NCBI RefSeq assembly: GCF_009914755.1
Contig: NC_060938.1
Length of the DNA stretch: 64,000 nt
Direction: 5' to 3' (one strand)
Source: the human T2T-CHM13v2.0 reference genome, Homo sapiens
Of the stretch, positions 12,069 through 26,311 are shown piece after piece. How positions within the stretch are numbered: position 1 is the first letter of the stretch; each line of letters begins with the position of its first letter. The position numbers were made by a program, and so were the translations under genes. The notes below the pieces were generated by a model. It was not told where the DNA came from. It did no database searches and worked only from the letters and a program-made list of their open reading frames with translations.

Positions 12069-12394
12069 CATTTTTTTCACAAATATTAGTTTAATAATTT
12101 TATATTAAACTCCCTATATACTTACAATATGAATTAGATAATTCAGAATAAACATTCCATTGGAAAAAACTAAACAATTTGTTATAAAACGTCCTTAAAA
12201 GCATCAGAAAGTTAATAGAGCAACGAAGAATTACAGGACCAAATTAAGAATGGAATGGAAGCCTGTTTGTGGGGCTTATGTTTGGGTTATCTCTTTACTT
12301 AGAGTGACTATAAATCTCAAAAGAGAACTAAAGGGATAAGTAACCATATGTACTAACATGGTAAGGGTATTTAAACATCTCTTAGTAATTGAGA

Positions 12395-12545
12395 AAATTG
12401 AAAGAAAAGAAAAAAGAGAAAGGGAGAAAGAGAAACAGAGCGAAAGGGATAATGAAGGAGAGAAATAAGAGAAAGGAAGAGGAAGAAAAGTAAAAAGGAG
12501 GAGGAGGGGAGGGAGGAAGAAAGAAAGGTGAAAAGAAAGAATGCT
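12395..12545 (+). repeat. GA-rich low-complexity tract
   Basis: GAAAGAAAAGAAAAAAGAGAAAGGGAGAAAG...GGAGGAGGAGGGGGAGGGAGGAAG. Confidence 0.9.
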
Positions 12546-12569
12546 AAAGTTTTCAACAACATAATTTAT

Positions 12570-14092
12570 CCTTCTAGAATATGAATGTTGGTGTATTTGA
12601 TGATGTCCCACAGATTCCTTAGTCTCTGCTCATTTTTTATCTGTTTCTCAGAGTCAATATTTTCCACTTTCTTATTTTCAAGCTCATGACTTCTTCTGTG
12701 TGTGCAAATATACTCTTAAATCCCTCTGGTGATTTTTAAATTTTTATCATTGTAGTTTTCCACTCCAGAATTTCTGTTATCTCTTTGTTGATATTCCTAC
12801 TTTTTAATATTTTTTCTGGTTCCTATATTTCTTTGTTTCTGTTTTCCTTTTGACATTTGAGTATAATGAAGAGAGTTGTTTTAAAGTCTTTGTCTAGTAA
12901 GTTTGATGTCTGGGTTTCCTTAGAGATATTTTCTGTCAATTTATTTTGTTCCTTTGAATGAGCCATACTTTCCCGTTCTTTGTATGCCTTGTAAATTTTT
13001 GAAAACTGGACATTATAATAATTATAATTACTATGTGGTTACTCTGTAAATCAGACCCCTCCTACAAACACACTAATGTTTTGTGGTTTTAAGTTTTATT
13101 TACTTATTATTGTTAAGGTTTTAATTTTTAGTGAAATTTTCCAAAGTGATTTACAAAACTGTTTGCTTTATAAGGTGTGGTCACTGAAGTCTTTTTGTTT
13201 CCTTAACAAATGTTAAGCTAATGTTTTGACAGTGATTTTCTTGTATGTCAGGAACTAAGCAAACAGGCAAATACAACAAAAAATGAAAAACAAGGAATCA
13301 TTATCCAGCAAAATGTGTCTCTAAGCCATGCAGACTGGCTTTGTGCTGGGTTCTTTAAAGCCGGCACAAAGTGTGTGTTCACTCTTGCACTGAGTGAATT
13401 TCAAGTTCACTCTTGCACAGAGCTAGCACTGAGGGGAGGGATCAGCCAAGGTAAAAGTGTAGGGTCTTCTTATGACATTTGTCAGCATGTGGCTTAACCT
13501 ATGCATACATGTGACTTTCTAGACTCTCCCATGTCCGTGAATGATTTTGAATGTCTTAGTTTTCCAAATACTCTTCTCCAACTTTTCTTGCTGTGCTGAA
13601 GGTGATCTACTATATGTGTAAACTCTAATTTTTGCCCTAAGCATCTGTGGTTTGTTAGGTCTCCTTGCAGAGTTTCTTAATAATGTCCATTCCTTATGTC
13701 TTCTGTATTCTAGCAACACAGAAGAAAAAAAAGCCTTTCATTAGTCCTTTAGGTATTCCCCAGACCAGTCAGAACAGACACATAATAATTTGCGGGTAAG
13801 ATCTTCTCTTGTTCCTTTGGACCATGGACCAGGGTTCCTCACTGGGAACGTGGGCTTCTGACACTTCAAAACTGCCAATTTGCTGGGGCAAAGGCAAGTT
13901 AAAAATGTCATAAAGTTTTCCAGTTGTCTTTCTCTTGAGTCTGCTTTCACTCGGTTGTTGTAATCTTTTGACCATTTTCCAGAGATTTGGCAAAGTTTAT
14001 TCGGACAGTTTCTCTTAGTTGTGTGATGTTTCTGTGGGGAAATGAAAGATTGCAGCTGTCTCCACTGCCGTTTTGCTGATGCTCCTCTTTTG
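12570..14092 (-). mobile_element. Ancient L1 (L1MC/L1MD-type) 5'UTR and ORF1 region
   Basis: Antisense ORF1-like text (TTCAAGCTCATGACTTCTTCTG...TCCCTCTGGTGATTTTTAAATTTT...TTGTAGTTTTCCACTCCAGAATTTC); 5'-end-like CTCCACTGCCGTTTTGCTGATGCTCCTCT at ~14060-14090. Confidence 0.7.
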
Positions 14093-14133
14093 TCAATTTT
14101 TTCTTCATGTTATTATGCTTTGTTTTTAGTTCA

Positions 14134-14557
14134 TGTATTAGTTTTATAGGGCTGCCATAACCAAGTAACACAAACTGGGTGCCTTGAACAACATACATTT
14201 ATAGTCTTATAGTCCTGGAAGCTAAAAGTCTGAGATTGAGGTGTCAGCAGGGATGGTCCCTTCAAGGGCTATGAGAGAAAGTCTGTTCTATGCCTTGTTT
14301 CTAGCTTCTGGTGGTTTAGTGGCAGTCTTTTGCATTCCTTGGCTAATCTCTGCCCTCATAATCACATGGTACTCTCCCTGTGTGTATGTCTCCCTCTACT
14401 CAAATTTCTTCTTTTTATAAGGACATCAGTCATATGGAATTCAGGCTCATCGATTTTATCTTAACTTGATCACCTGCAAAGAACCTATTTCCTCATGAGG
14501 TCATATTCAGTGGTTAGGATTTCAGCATCTATATAGAGGAAACAATTTAGCTCCTAT
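14134..14557 (-). mobile_element. MLT1C-like MaLR solo LTR
   Basis: TGTATTAGTTTT..AGGGCTGCCATAAC..AAGTAACACAAACTGGGTG...TTTTTATAAGGACATCAGTCATA...CTGCAAAGAACCTATTTCC. Confidence 0.85.
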
Positions 14558-14599
14558 CTGTGCATACATGATTGTAATAGCTATGTCTTCCGAAAGCGT

Positions 14600-16035
14600 T
14601 GACCCTCTTATTACTACAATATAAATTTTTAAAATCCTATTCACATTTTAATAGTCTACCTCGTGTGTTATGAGTATAATGAGTTCAGTTTTCTTATGAT
14701 TGCTCTTTGCATGATATTTTTTGTCATCTTTTTACTTTCAATCCATTAGTATCCTTGCATCTCAGCGTATATTGGGATCGCTTGTTTTAATCCAGTCTGA
14801 AAATCTCTGCCTCTTGATTGGAATTTAATCTGCTCACATTTAATATTATAATTGGTATAATTCTATTTATGTCTGCCATTTTACCGTTTGTTTTGTATAT
14901 TTCCCAAATATTTTTCTTTATTGCTGTATTTTGCAATGAATGAATATTTTCTAAAACAGGGAACTTTAGATTACTAATGAATTATTTTACTATAAATTTT
15001 TGAGAATTTTTGTTGTTGTTGTAAGTTTACCATATAAGTATATGGAAAATTAATTATTCAAATCGTCTTCCAATTTATACTGGTAAACTTTTAGTAATAC
15101 ATAGAAACATCATTCTTTTACAAATCTCTTTTATTTCCTCCATTTTAAGGTAGTATCAATTTACACATTACATCTATTAAAGTTACAAAGTCAACAATAC
15201 ATTTTAGTAATTATTACTTTACCATCTAGAGGGATTACCTTATCACAATACATTTTTCTTCCAACTACCTCTTTTTTGATGTTACTGGAAAATATGTTAT
15301 AGACATGTTCCATTTCTACATGTCAAATACTCAGCAATACATTATGAACATATTATTATTATTATCATTGAGACGGAGTCTCCCTCTGTCGCCCAGGCTG
15401 GAGAGCAGTGGCACAATCTCCGCTCACTGCAAGCTCCATCTCCCGGCTTCATGCATTCTTCTGCTTCAGCCTCCCGAGTAGCTGGGATTACAGGCGCCCG
15501 CCATCACGCCCGGCTAATGTTTTGTATTTTTAGTAGAGACGGGGTTTCACTGTGTTAGCCAGGATGGTCTCGATCTTCTGGCCTCGTAATACGCCCGCCT
15601 CGGGCTCCCAAAGTGCTGAGATTACTGGCATGAGCCATCGTGCCCGGCAGTTATACACATATTATTTTATAAACAATTTATGATAAGGAGAAAACATGCA
15701 TTTATACTGTCTTTTATAATGTTAATATTACCTATACCAGTGCTTTTTTAAAAATGTGGATTCAAATGACTGTCTTGTGTAACTTGCATTTAGCCTTAGG
15801 AATTTATTTTAGTTTTTTTTTTTTTTTTTTTTTTTATGGTAGGTCTGCCAGCAACAACTTCAGTTAATATTTCTGTTTATCTGGGTAAGTCTTTGTGTTA
15901 TCTTCATTTTCGAAAAATAATTGCTGGATAAGGAATTGGTGGCTGACAGTTTTTTTTTCCTTTGCATCTTTGGACTATATTATTCTACTGCCTCTTGCCT
16001 TCCATTGTTTCTGTTAAGTCAGCTGTTACTCTTAC
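14600..16035 (-). mobile_element. Ancient L1M ORF1-ORF2 junction fragment, interrupted by an AluY
   Basis: TTTGCATGATATTTTTTGTCATCTTTTTACTTTCAATC...AATCCAGTCTGAAAATCTCTGCCTCTTGATTGG; ORF1-end-like TTGCTGGATAAGGAATT...TATTCTACTGCCTCTTGCCTTCCATTGTTTCTG. Confidence 0.7.
15352..15648 (-). mobile_element. AluY SINE
   Basis: CACTGCAAGCTCC, CAGGCGCCCGCCA, GTGTTAGCCAGGATGGTCTCGATC (AluY diagnostics); (TAT)n tail; TSD-like TTATgaACATATTATT / TTATacACATATTATT. Confidence 0.93.
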
Positions 16036-16044
16036 AAAACATAG

Positions 16045-16490
16045 GTGCTCAAAAAATAAACATGTGCATGAATATTTACAGCAGTAATATTCATACAGTC
16101 AAAAAGTGGAAACAATCCATATGCTTTTTGACTCATAAATGGACACCCAATTTCCAGCTATAACAAAGAATGAAGTACTTATACATGGTATAATATGGGT
16201 GAAATTTGAAAGCATTATGTTAAGTTCAGAGAAGGACAAACATTACTTGATTTTATTCACATGAAACATCAGGAATCGGCAAATCAATTGGGATATAAAT
16301 CAGATTAGTGGTCATTAGGGCTCAGGGAAGCAGAATAGGGTGTAACAACTTTATGCATAATGGGTTTTTAGAAGGGACATGATGAAATTGTCCTGGAACA
16401 TTGTGAATATACTAAAAGCAATTGCATTGTATGTTTTAAAATGGTTAAGTTATTAATTTTATATTATGTGATTTTTGCCTTAAAAAACAA
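16045..16490 (+). mobile_element. L1MB-type 3' end
   Basis: ATGTGCATGAATATTTACAGCAG..ATTCATA..AAAAAGTGGAAACAATCCA...GAATGAAGTACTTATACATG...AGATTAGTGGTCATTAGGG...TATATTATGTGATTTTTGCCTT. Confidence 0.8.
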
Positions 16491-17324
16491 GCAAGAGAAA
16501 ATAGCCTTACTCTATATACAAAAAACTCAAGATGTGTTACAGATTTATATGTGAAATCCAAAATACTATAATATTTAAGGAATAGCTAAGTAGAATAACA
16601 CTAAAATTTAACATAATGAAATATTTCCTTAAAAAAGAAAAAAGCACAGTAATTAAAAAGGGAAATATATTTAATATTTTTTCTCTCCATTAAGCATGCC
16701 ATTAACTGATTAAAAAATCAAGCTGCAATTATGTAAACTACATTTTCTGAAACCATAAAGAAAATAAGAAATGAAAAGGGATTTGGGAAAAAAATCCAAA
16801 GGTACAGTGAACTACACGAAAAAAGCTTAGTCTCATTAATCATTATTAAAATGCAAATTGTAACTGAAATAAGATAAAACTATAATTCAAAGAGAAAGCC
16901 TAAAATTTCAACCCCCAAAAAATTCTGGGTTTTACAGAGCTGGGATGGAGTAGGTCTCCTAACGTTATAACAATGTAATAACCAAACTAACTTCAAAGTC
17001 ATGACTTTATTTTTATACCAACCAGGTTGCCAAGAACTCAGTCAAAATGTGAGGGAAAGCAAGCACCTGCAAGGAGAAAGAGGACAGATGCACTTACATA
17101 GGACAGATGCAAATAGACACCACTATGAAAAGTAAAGCTGGAATAATCAAATTCCTAAGGACAAAGTGGGGCTGGTCAGATTGGGAGACGGCTGACAGCT
17201 GCAGAAGTTGGGAAAGATCCATCATCTTGAAAACTTTTTCCTCACAAACCCACTGTGATCTCTCAAGCAATTGGTAAGGAATCCAAGAGAGTCTGTATAT
17301 GATACAGATCAGGGAGAGCAGAAC

Positions 17325-17605
17325 ACTTGGGAGGTGACCAGGTCTTGGGGGCCGAGCCCTTATGAATGGGATTATTGCCTTTATAAAAGAAGCTCAATGG
17401 AGTTCTTGTGTGCCTTCCACTATGTGAGGACATAGAAAGAAGGCACCATCTATGAAACATGAAATGGGCTCTCATCAACACTGAATTTGTGAGCATCTTG
17501 ACCTGAGATCTTACAGCCTCAAGAAGTGTGAAGAAAGAAATATCTGTTGTTTTTTAGTTACCCAGTTCATGTTATTTTGTTATAAGAGTCCAAATAGACC
17601 AAGAT
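17325..17605 (+). mobile_element. MLT1A-like MaLR LTR (5' truncated)
   Basis: GAGCCCTTATGAATGGGATTATTGCCTTTATAAAAGA...ATGTGAGGACATAG..AGAAGGCACCATCTATGAA...CAGCCTCAAGAAGTGTGA...TATTTTGTTATA. Confidence 0.8.
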
Positions 17606-17849
17606 ATTCCACTTAATATGTAGGGGGAGGTAACAAAAACTGACACACCTAGAATACTCCTGATGCTGGGAGTATGAAAACAGGAAAAACAAAACAAAAC
17701 TGCTCTTGAAGGTGAAGGAGGAATATCACTGAGCTTACCAACACAGCCAGGAAAAGAACAGAAGTGTGAGAAGTCTACATTCCTGAGATCCTGAGAAAAA
17801 GTACCTGCATAAGACTGAGATTAAATTACCTACCCTAGTTATACTTGAA

Positions 17850-18510
17850 ATCCCAAAAAGAAAAGAGGAAAAAATAATGGAACAAAAGAAATATTTTTCA
17901 AAATAACTGCCAAAAATATTCTAAAAGAAGTGACAGAAAATCAAACTTCAGATATAGGAAACTCAGAGAATGTCAGTAGAACAAAAATAAATAAGAATTA
18001 CATCTTGGAAAATCTTTAAAAAATCAACTCTAAATTTTATATCTTGCTCCAAATATATAGAGATATAAATAGGTTATCATCAAGATATGGAGAAAGCCAT
18101 ATCATGGAAACACTAAAATAAAGCTGTGGAAGGACTACATTGATATTAGACACAACAGAGCTCAGAACAAGAAATAGTATCAGAGATGAGAGATAACAGA
18201 TAATATAATAATCAATTCTCAAGAAGATGTAAACCTCCTACTAATTAGGGTATGCAGCTAACAACAGAACCTCCAAATACATGAGGTAAAACATGAAAGA
18301 AATCAAAGGTGAACTAGAAAAATCCAAAATTATATTTGCAGACTTCAAAACTTTTGTCTTAGTAAGGGACAGACTAGGCACAGACTCAGTAATCATATGG
18401 AAGGTAAGAACAATATCACCAACAAGACATCCATTCTTCAATGGCAGATACTCTTTCCTTTCAAGTGAAAAAAAAAACAGTATGGCATATTCTCTAACAA
18501 ACCCAGAATT
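17850..18510 (+). mobile_element. Degraded L1M ORF1 and ORF2-endonuclease fragments
   Basis: The ORF at 18293 begins KEIKGELEKSKIIFADFKTFVLVRDR, matching the L1 ORF2 EN motif (..TIIVGDFNTPLS..DR); upstream TATGCAGCTAACAACAGAACCTCCAAATACATGA. Confidence 0.75.
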
Positions 18511-18524
18511 TCTAACGTTTGCGG

Positions 18525-18960
18525 TCTTCCTTCCTTCTTTCCATCTTCCTTTCTCTTCTCTTCCCTTCCCTTCTTCCTTCCTTTCTTCTTTTCCTCTTTC
18601 TTTTCTTTTTTCTTTCTTTTTTCTCCTTCCTTCTTTCTTTGCTTCCTACTTTCTTTCCTCTGATTCTTCCTTCCCTCCTCCTTCCCTTCCTTTCTCCCTC
18701 CCTTCTTTTCTTCCTTCTTTTCTCTTATTCTTTCTTTCTCACTTCCTTGCTTTCTTTCTTTTTTCTACCATCCTCCCTCCCTCCTTTTCTTCCTTCCTCC
18801 CTCCCTTCCTTTCCTTATTTTTCCTTCCTTCCTTCCTTCCTTTTCTCTTTATTTTCTTTCTTTGCCTTCCTCCCTCTTACCATTCTCTCTTCCTCCTTTC
18901 CTTCCTCCCTTCCTCCTTCCCTTCTTTCTCACTTTCTTTCTCTCTCTCTTTCTTTCTGTT

Positions 18961-19012
<52 letters not shown>

Positions 19013-19175
19013 GTGTTCTTTCTTTTTTCTCCCTTCCTGCCTTTCTCCCTTCCTCCCTCCCTCCCTTCCTTCCTTCTCTCATTTCCTCCTTCTTTTCTTT
19101 CTTCTTTCTTTCTTTCCTTCCTTCCTTCTTTGCTTCCTTTTTTTACTTTCTTTTCTTTTCTTTCTTTCTCTTTAC
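18525..19175 (+). repeat. CT-rich polypyrimidine tract including (TTTC)n and (TTCC)n
   Basis: ~650 bp almost entirely C/T; perfect (TTTC)n at ~18960-19010. Confidence 0.97.
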
Positions 19176-19261
19176 TACAATTCATATTATTTAAAAAAAA
19201 TTAAGACAGGGAGGAAGAAAAATAAAGAACACTTTAATCTGGAGGTAAATACATTATGTCT

Positions 19262-20072
<811 letters not shown>

Positions 20073-21040
20073 AGTAATTGTATCATGAAAATGAGAACCA
20101 TAATTTACAACTGCTTTTAATACTGCACTTGGATGTTTGAAATCACGTACATGGAAATGATCTCTATGGGTATGAAGGAGGATAGCAAATTGATGCCAAA
20201 ATAATGCAAATGCAATCTTACACTCATTTATATGTAGGTTTAATTTAATCTTTGAAATTAAAATGAAATTAAAGAATTATGATATTTTGATGAGATTAGA
20301 CTAAAATGAACAATAACAAAATAAGAACTTACTTGTATTCTTTATATGGTCAATAAAGAAGTGATAGTGGAAAAAAATAAGGTCAAATGAAGGTGATGAT
20401 TTAGGAAGTTGGAAAGATAGCCTAAACTACAAAATGGTATATAACTAGTGAACACTTAGACACACTGATTGATGAACTTCAGCTTTTGGATTGGTGAGAG
20501 CATAAAATGAGAGCAGCTGAGGTTTGCAAATTTGCAAAAACAGGCGAAAACACATCTCAGCCTATTAAGATTTATCTACTAGAGAGTCAAGACTTGATCC
20601 ATTTGTCCTTGTAATTCAAAAGCTAATTCAAATACTGATTTGATATATTGTGTGAGCAACCATTGCTGATTATCATCGCATACCTGGCACTCTCTTTTAT
20701 CTGATATCTAAAATATTTGGTAATTCCTGGACTTTCTCTTTTCAAACCCAGTACGGTTTAATTTCAATCTTAGAACAGTTGTCTTTGAGAAATTCTTCCC
20801 TCTACTGCATCTCTGAATGGGCATAGCATTGTTATATACATACTATCACCACAGAGAACATTTGTTGAATTAAAGCCAAAGTTTGAAGCAACAGCTTTAA
20901 CTTACTGGTTTTACTAATGTTTTCCTCCCCAATAGCCACAACAATATTGATATCCTCACACCTTTTAACATAAAGCTTGGTGTTGTCTATTTTTCAGTTG
21001 CTGTCATCTATATGATCTCAGTATTTTAAAAATCAGCTTC

Positions 21041-21553
<513 letters not shown>

Positions 21554-22811
21554 TCACTTATTTACTGATAACAACAGGAAGAATGACAAGATATCTATTC
21601 TGGAAAATTACTCTGGTAGGAGTAAAGATGAAACAATGATAGAATTGCATGGAAAACTAGAAAAAAATTATGGTCTTCCGATATTCTATCACATCATATA
21701 CAAAAGGCCTCATAAGACTCAGATATTTTATCTAAAAATGTTATTTTCATCTTAGGAATGATCAAAGCATGAGACTACAATTGTATTACAATGACTCTCA
21801 CAAGCACATGTGCTAAGAAGGAGGGGAAAACATCATTACTGATATTTTAAACGTATGTTTTACTTTCCATCAACATGAGCCTCAATTTGATATGATGCAG
21901 ATTGAAGGAAATCACCCATATTTCCATATGAAGAAGGCCTGTGATATTTTATGGGAAAATAAATAGAGAAAATGCTAACAGAAACCCTATTAAGCATTAA
22001 GCTTTATGGAGCAAAGACAAATCCCGTGATGAAAGATACACACTCAAGTTCTGCTTGTTGTCTTGGAACAATACAGTTTAGAGGTGACTGGTGGGTGAGG
22101 AGAACATATGCAAGTTCACCAAACAGAAAAGCTGAATGAGGCAATGCCTCTTCCTGACCATATCTCTTACTCAGATACCTATGTAATTTATTGTCCACTA
22201 AAGGATATATTTAAAAATCATATTAAAAGTCATGCAATGAAGTTGTCCAGGGAAATCAAGACTTAACAGTCTCACTCTGACAATAATGAATAGGGGGATT
22301 CCCTCAAGACAGACTAGGACATGAGCCCACACTGGCAGGTAGTAGTACCAGAAAAGAACCCATGGAAAATCTTTACCTTATGCTTGAGATAGGGAACAGG
22401 CTAAAGTGACAGCCAGACCTAAAATTTTATCTAAAATATATCCACAATGGAAGAAAATATGTGGTGTACAGGCATAGAATGTCTTTATTGGATCATTGAA
22501 ATAGTAAGATAAATTCAAATTTTTACATTGTTTTATTTTCCTCCAGTTAGGGCTTGAGGTTTGTCTCTGGAGATTGGCTGTCAATTGGAGCCCTGCCTTT
22601 CTGGGGTTCTGGTCAGGGGGTTGTGGATGCTTAACATAAGCCTTTCACAGGACACTTCCTTACCCCAGCAGTGGCCAGGTGTGCATCCCACGACCAGGCC
22701 TCCCTCTCACAGAACATCTGTTGAGACTAGGAGATGCATGATGACTGTTGCCTGACCTGTGCCCTGTGTATTTCTGACAAGAGCCACTCTCAGAGACCCT
22801 GGCCAGGAGGA

Positions 22812-23615
22812 GAGTTAGGTTCCAGTGTAGGTCAGCTCAGGCACATGGAAGTCACAGGACCAAACATGGGAAATCACAGAAGTGGTTTTATTACTCATAG
22901 ATCCAGAGAGAAGAGGGTAGCTGAGAAGAGGGTTTAGCCGTGTCCCAAGCCAAATCTCATCTTGAATTCCCACATGTTGTGAGAGGGAACAGGTTGGAGG
23001 TAATTGAATCGTGGGGACAGGTCTTTCCCATGCTGTTCTTCTGATAGTGAATAAGTCTCACAAGATCTGATGGTTTTATAAAGGGGAGTTTCCCTGCACA
23101 AGCTCTCTTGTCTTGTCTGCTGCCACGTGAGACATGCCTTTCACCTTGCGCCATGATTGTGAGACCTACCCAGCCATGAGGAACCGTGCGTCTATTAAAA
23201 CTCTTTCTTCTGGAAATTACCCACTCTTGGGCATGTCTTTACCGGTAGTGTGAAAATGGACTAATACAGTAGCACACTTCATAGGGATGAACAAAATGGG
23301 GAAGGCGAGTGGTGAGCAAGAGAGAGAAAAGGGGTCTGTGGGACTCCAGCCTTTATTGGGCCCAGAACATTACCCAAATAAGTTTTCCACGGGGCTCTAG
23401 TCAGTGGGGTGAGTGCCAGCAGGCATATTTCTTGGCTCCTGCTGCAACTGAGCAGGTCACTCTGGCGTTTGGGAGCTGTCCATGTGTGCTGTGAGGTCTG
23501 TGGGGTGAGTCAGGTAGGTTGTATCCAACGGTTCCATAGCGGGTAGTCACGAGGAGGAGGCAACTGTGTAGGGTCAATATCTGGGCCAGCCACACTGAGG
23601 AACTGTGAGGAATTG
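22812..23615 (-). mobile_element. Old ERVL-type LTR (MER54/MER73/MER74-like) into which THE1B inserted
   Basis: GC-richer LTR-like sequence continuous across the THE1B TSD; TTTATT (AATAAA on the - strand) at ~22888; exact family uncertain. Confidence 0.4.
22922..23268 (+). mobile_element. THE1B MaLR solo LTR
   Basis: CAAATCTCATCTTGAATT...GGAGGTAATTGAATC...GATAGTGAATAAGTCTCACAAGATCTGATGGTTTTATAAAGGGGAGTT...GACTAATACA; perfect 5-bp TSD GTAGC (22917-22921 and 23269-23273). Confidence 0.93.
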
Positions 23616-24499
23616 TCAAGGGAATCTGAACCCAGCTACCATATGAGAGAGTTCAACTTACGTTCAATGTGAATGCCATGGCAATATTAAAAGGTAAGAA
23701 TTGGCTCCATACGTGCTTGAGGTAAATAGGAGAAACCTAGAATTTATGCAAACAGTAAGAAGTTTAGATGCGTTTTCTGTCACATATTTTAATACTAGCA
23801 GCATATTATATATGTCAATCCATCAGGCATTCAGAAGTACATGCTCATGAAAATTTTTTGCACCATCAGACAAAAGACAAGGGTAGAAAACAATTTTAAC
23901 CCTATAAACACTAGTAAATTAAAAACAGAAGGACCTTTATGTCCTAATATATCTATGTTGTGAAAGGCTGCCCTGTGAAATACGGGATTTCTTAAACATA
24001 TTTTAAAAATCATAGGTGTCAATATTTTTTAGAAATCCATTTAAATTTTCTCTTGCTACTTTACAATGCCTATTTATTTATTTAGTGGTTTTGCTGATTT
24101 TGATGTATATCCTAAACTTTACATTTTCTTTAAAGTATGTTTTATACTACTTTATGTAAAATGTTTCAGTATCTTCACATTCTCTCCCTGTCCTTTTGTT
24201 TTGCTCTTATATGGTTGCCTTGAGTCTTTTCTCTGGCTTTTCAAACCTAGTAAGACTAAGACACTAAAATAACTTTGCCCGTGGTTTGGTAATGCCTTCT
24301 AAAGCACGTCCTAAGCTCTCGTGCATACAGGGGTCTCCTTTGAGCTCTATGCTTTTGAGATCCCATATACCTAAATTCCAGTACTCCAAATCAGTACTGC
24401 TCAGTTTTAGTTACTAAGTTTAAAAATGTATTTTAATAACAAGTTAGTTTAGTGCACTCTTACTTCTTTCTTTGCTGCTGGTATACGTGTATATTCCCT

Positions 24500-25580
24500 T
24501 AAATGAATCTTGGAATTTATTTAAAAATTTTAAATTATACTAACGAAACTGTATATTGTTGTGGATTCATAGGTGATTTTGGAAAGAATTTGTCTTTATG
24601 ATACTAAATCCTTTTTATCCAAGAGTCATATGGGCCTTTATATTTATTCCACTCTATATTTACATCACTGAGTAAATATATAGAAATGTAGATACATACA
24701 GCTGTAGTCATAGATAGATACAAATATAGATATAACATGTTAAATCTATATCTATCCCATATAACATGTATACATGTTATATGTGTCTGTATATATATAT
24801 ATGTTTGTGTTATTAAAGAGCTCCCTTAAAATTTTTCTTTTATTTCCTACATAATTTTAGGTTGAGCTTGAATTTTCCTTGTATAAACAAGCAAATATTT
24901 ATACTGGTTTTAATACTGAGGTTTAGACATTCTATCTTATTTTAGCATTGAATATTTTCACAATTATTATATTATCTAATAATAATGTAACTTAAAAATA
25001 TTTAAAATTTTACCTTTGAATTATTTTATTGTTGAATTTAAATTCCTTTAAGTATGATAGTAAATTTCTATTTTATGATTTCTCTATGAATATGCAAATT
25101 AATCTATCCATTTCTCTATCTCTATGTAGTAACATATGAAAATCAAGCCTCTCTTCTTCTAATAGACATATACACGTTTGCATATAGAATATCAGACTCT
25201 TTATAGCATTTAAAATCTTTAAAGACATGAATATTACCTTTTAACAAATATATTTTAGCATGTACTGAGAATCCCCTATTTATTGTTTATTTGGAGTAAT
25301 CAATATGATTATTAATATTATTGGATCACCACATTTGGAGTCACACTTTCATCCCCAAGGTGGATATTTGTTTTCTTTGTTTTTTTTGGCCAATTTCTTG
25401 TCTTACTGTTTCAAATATTGTTGGATATTATTTTTATTTTATTTGGCATTTTAGTATCAATATTTGTAAGTGATGTACTCTACATATTTTTTCTTCAATA
25501 TCTGGTGGGTTTTATAATTACTGCTATATTGGATTTGTAGTAGACATTGACAAAAATTATTTCTGTATGTTTTATAGCTG
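24500..25580 (-). mobile_element. Degraded L1M ORF2 fragments with an embedded (TA)-rich tract
   Basis: GTGGATTCATAGGTGATTTTGGAAAGAATTTGTCTTTATGATACTAAATCC..TATCCAAGAG resembles antisense L1 ORF2. Confidence 0.55.
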
Positions 25581-25583
25581 TAT

Positions 25584-26128
25584 GAAGGAATCCAATATAT
25601 TTTACCCCAAAATATATTTCCGTGATATATATCAAAATGGCTATTCAGAAGGGCTGGAAATGCAAACTTAGCTGCAAAACTGTCTTGGGGAGATTTGCAT
25701 CTGTAGAGAATCTACTTTGATGCAGCCAGGCTTTCTCTGAGGTCTGCTAATTTGTCTGGATCTAGGAAAGGTTAACTGAGCATCTGAGGTCTCCAAAGGT
25801 CTGAAAGAAACATTTTCTCTCTATTCTCTCTGAGGACTGCTCCCAGTGAGGTTTCACCTACGTAATAAGTCCACTGTTGCTAGTCAGGGTCCTTTTCTCA
25901 CATAATCTTTTTTTTTTTCCCTGTGATCCAAGACCCCATTCTTTCTGTAAACTTCGTGTGGTAGACAAGCTTCTGCACCCATCTTGTGTGTGGGTCTTCA
26001 TTCTAAGGGCTCCAGTGTACACACATTGCAGAAACCTGTATGCCTTTTCTACTATTTATCTGCCTCCTATTAGTGATTTTCAGGGAAACTTCAGAAGGCA
26101 AAAGGGACATTCTCCTTTAGCCTATACT
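25584..26128 (+). mobile_element. MER34-family ERV1 solo LTR
   Basis: TGAAGGAA..ATATTTTACCCCAAAATATATTTC..AAATGGCTATTCAGA...GGGGAGATTTGCATCTGTAGAGAATCT...GTGATTTTCAGGGAAACTTCAGAAGGCAAAAGGG. Confidence 0.8.
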
Positions 26129-26311
26129 CAGACAAAATACCCCAACATTTAACTGATTCCTAATAGCTTAAAATCACTTTGAAAAATCCATATATTTATA
26201 ACCTTTCCTTCCCTCTATGATTTCTGGTCAGTTTGGGTTTTGTTTTTTATACCATTTATTTCATCCTCGAAAAGATCTATTTTATGTCTATTTATTCTCA
26301 TTTATTGACAT

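Noticed and set aside
23160-23180. PRDM9 hotspot motif position in THE1B
   Set aside because: The sequence reads CCTACCCAGCCAT and does not match CCNCCNTNNCCNC.
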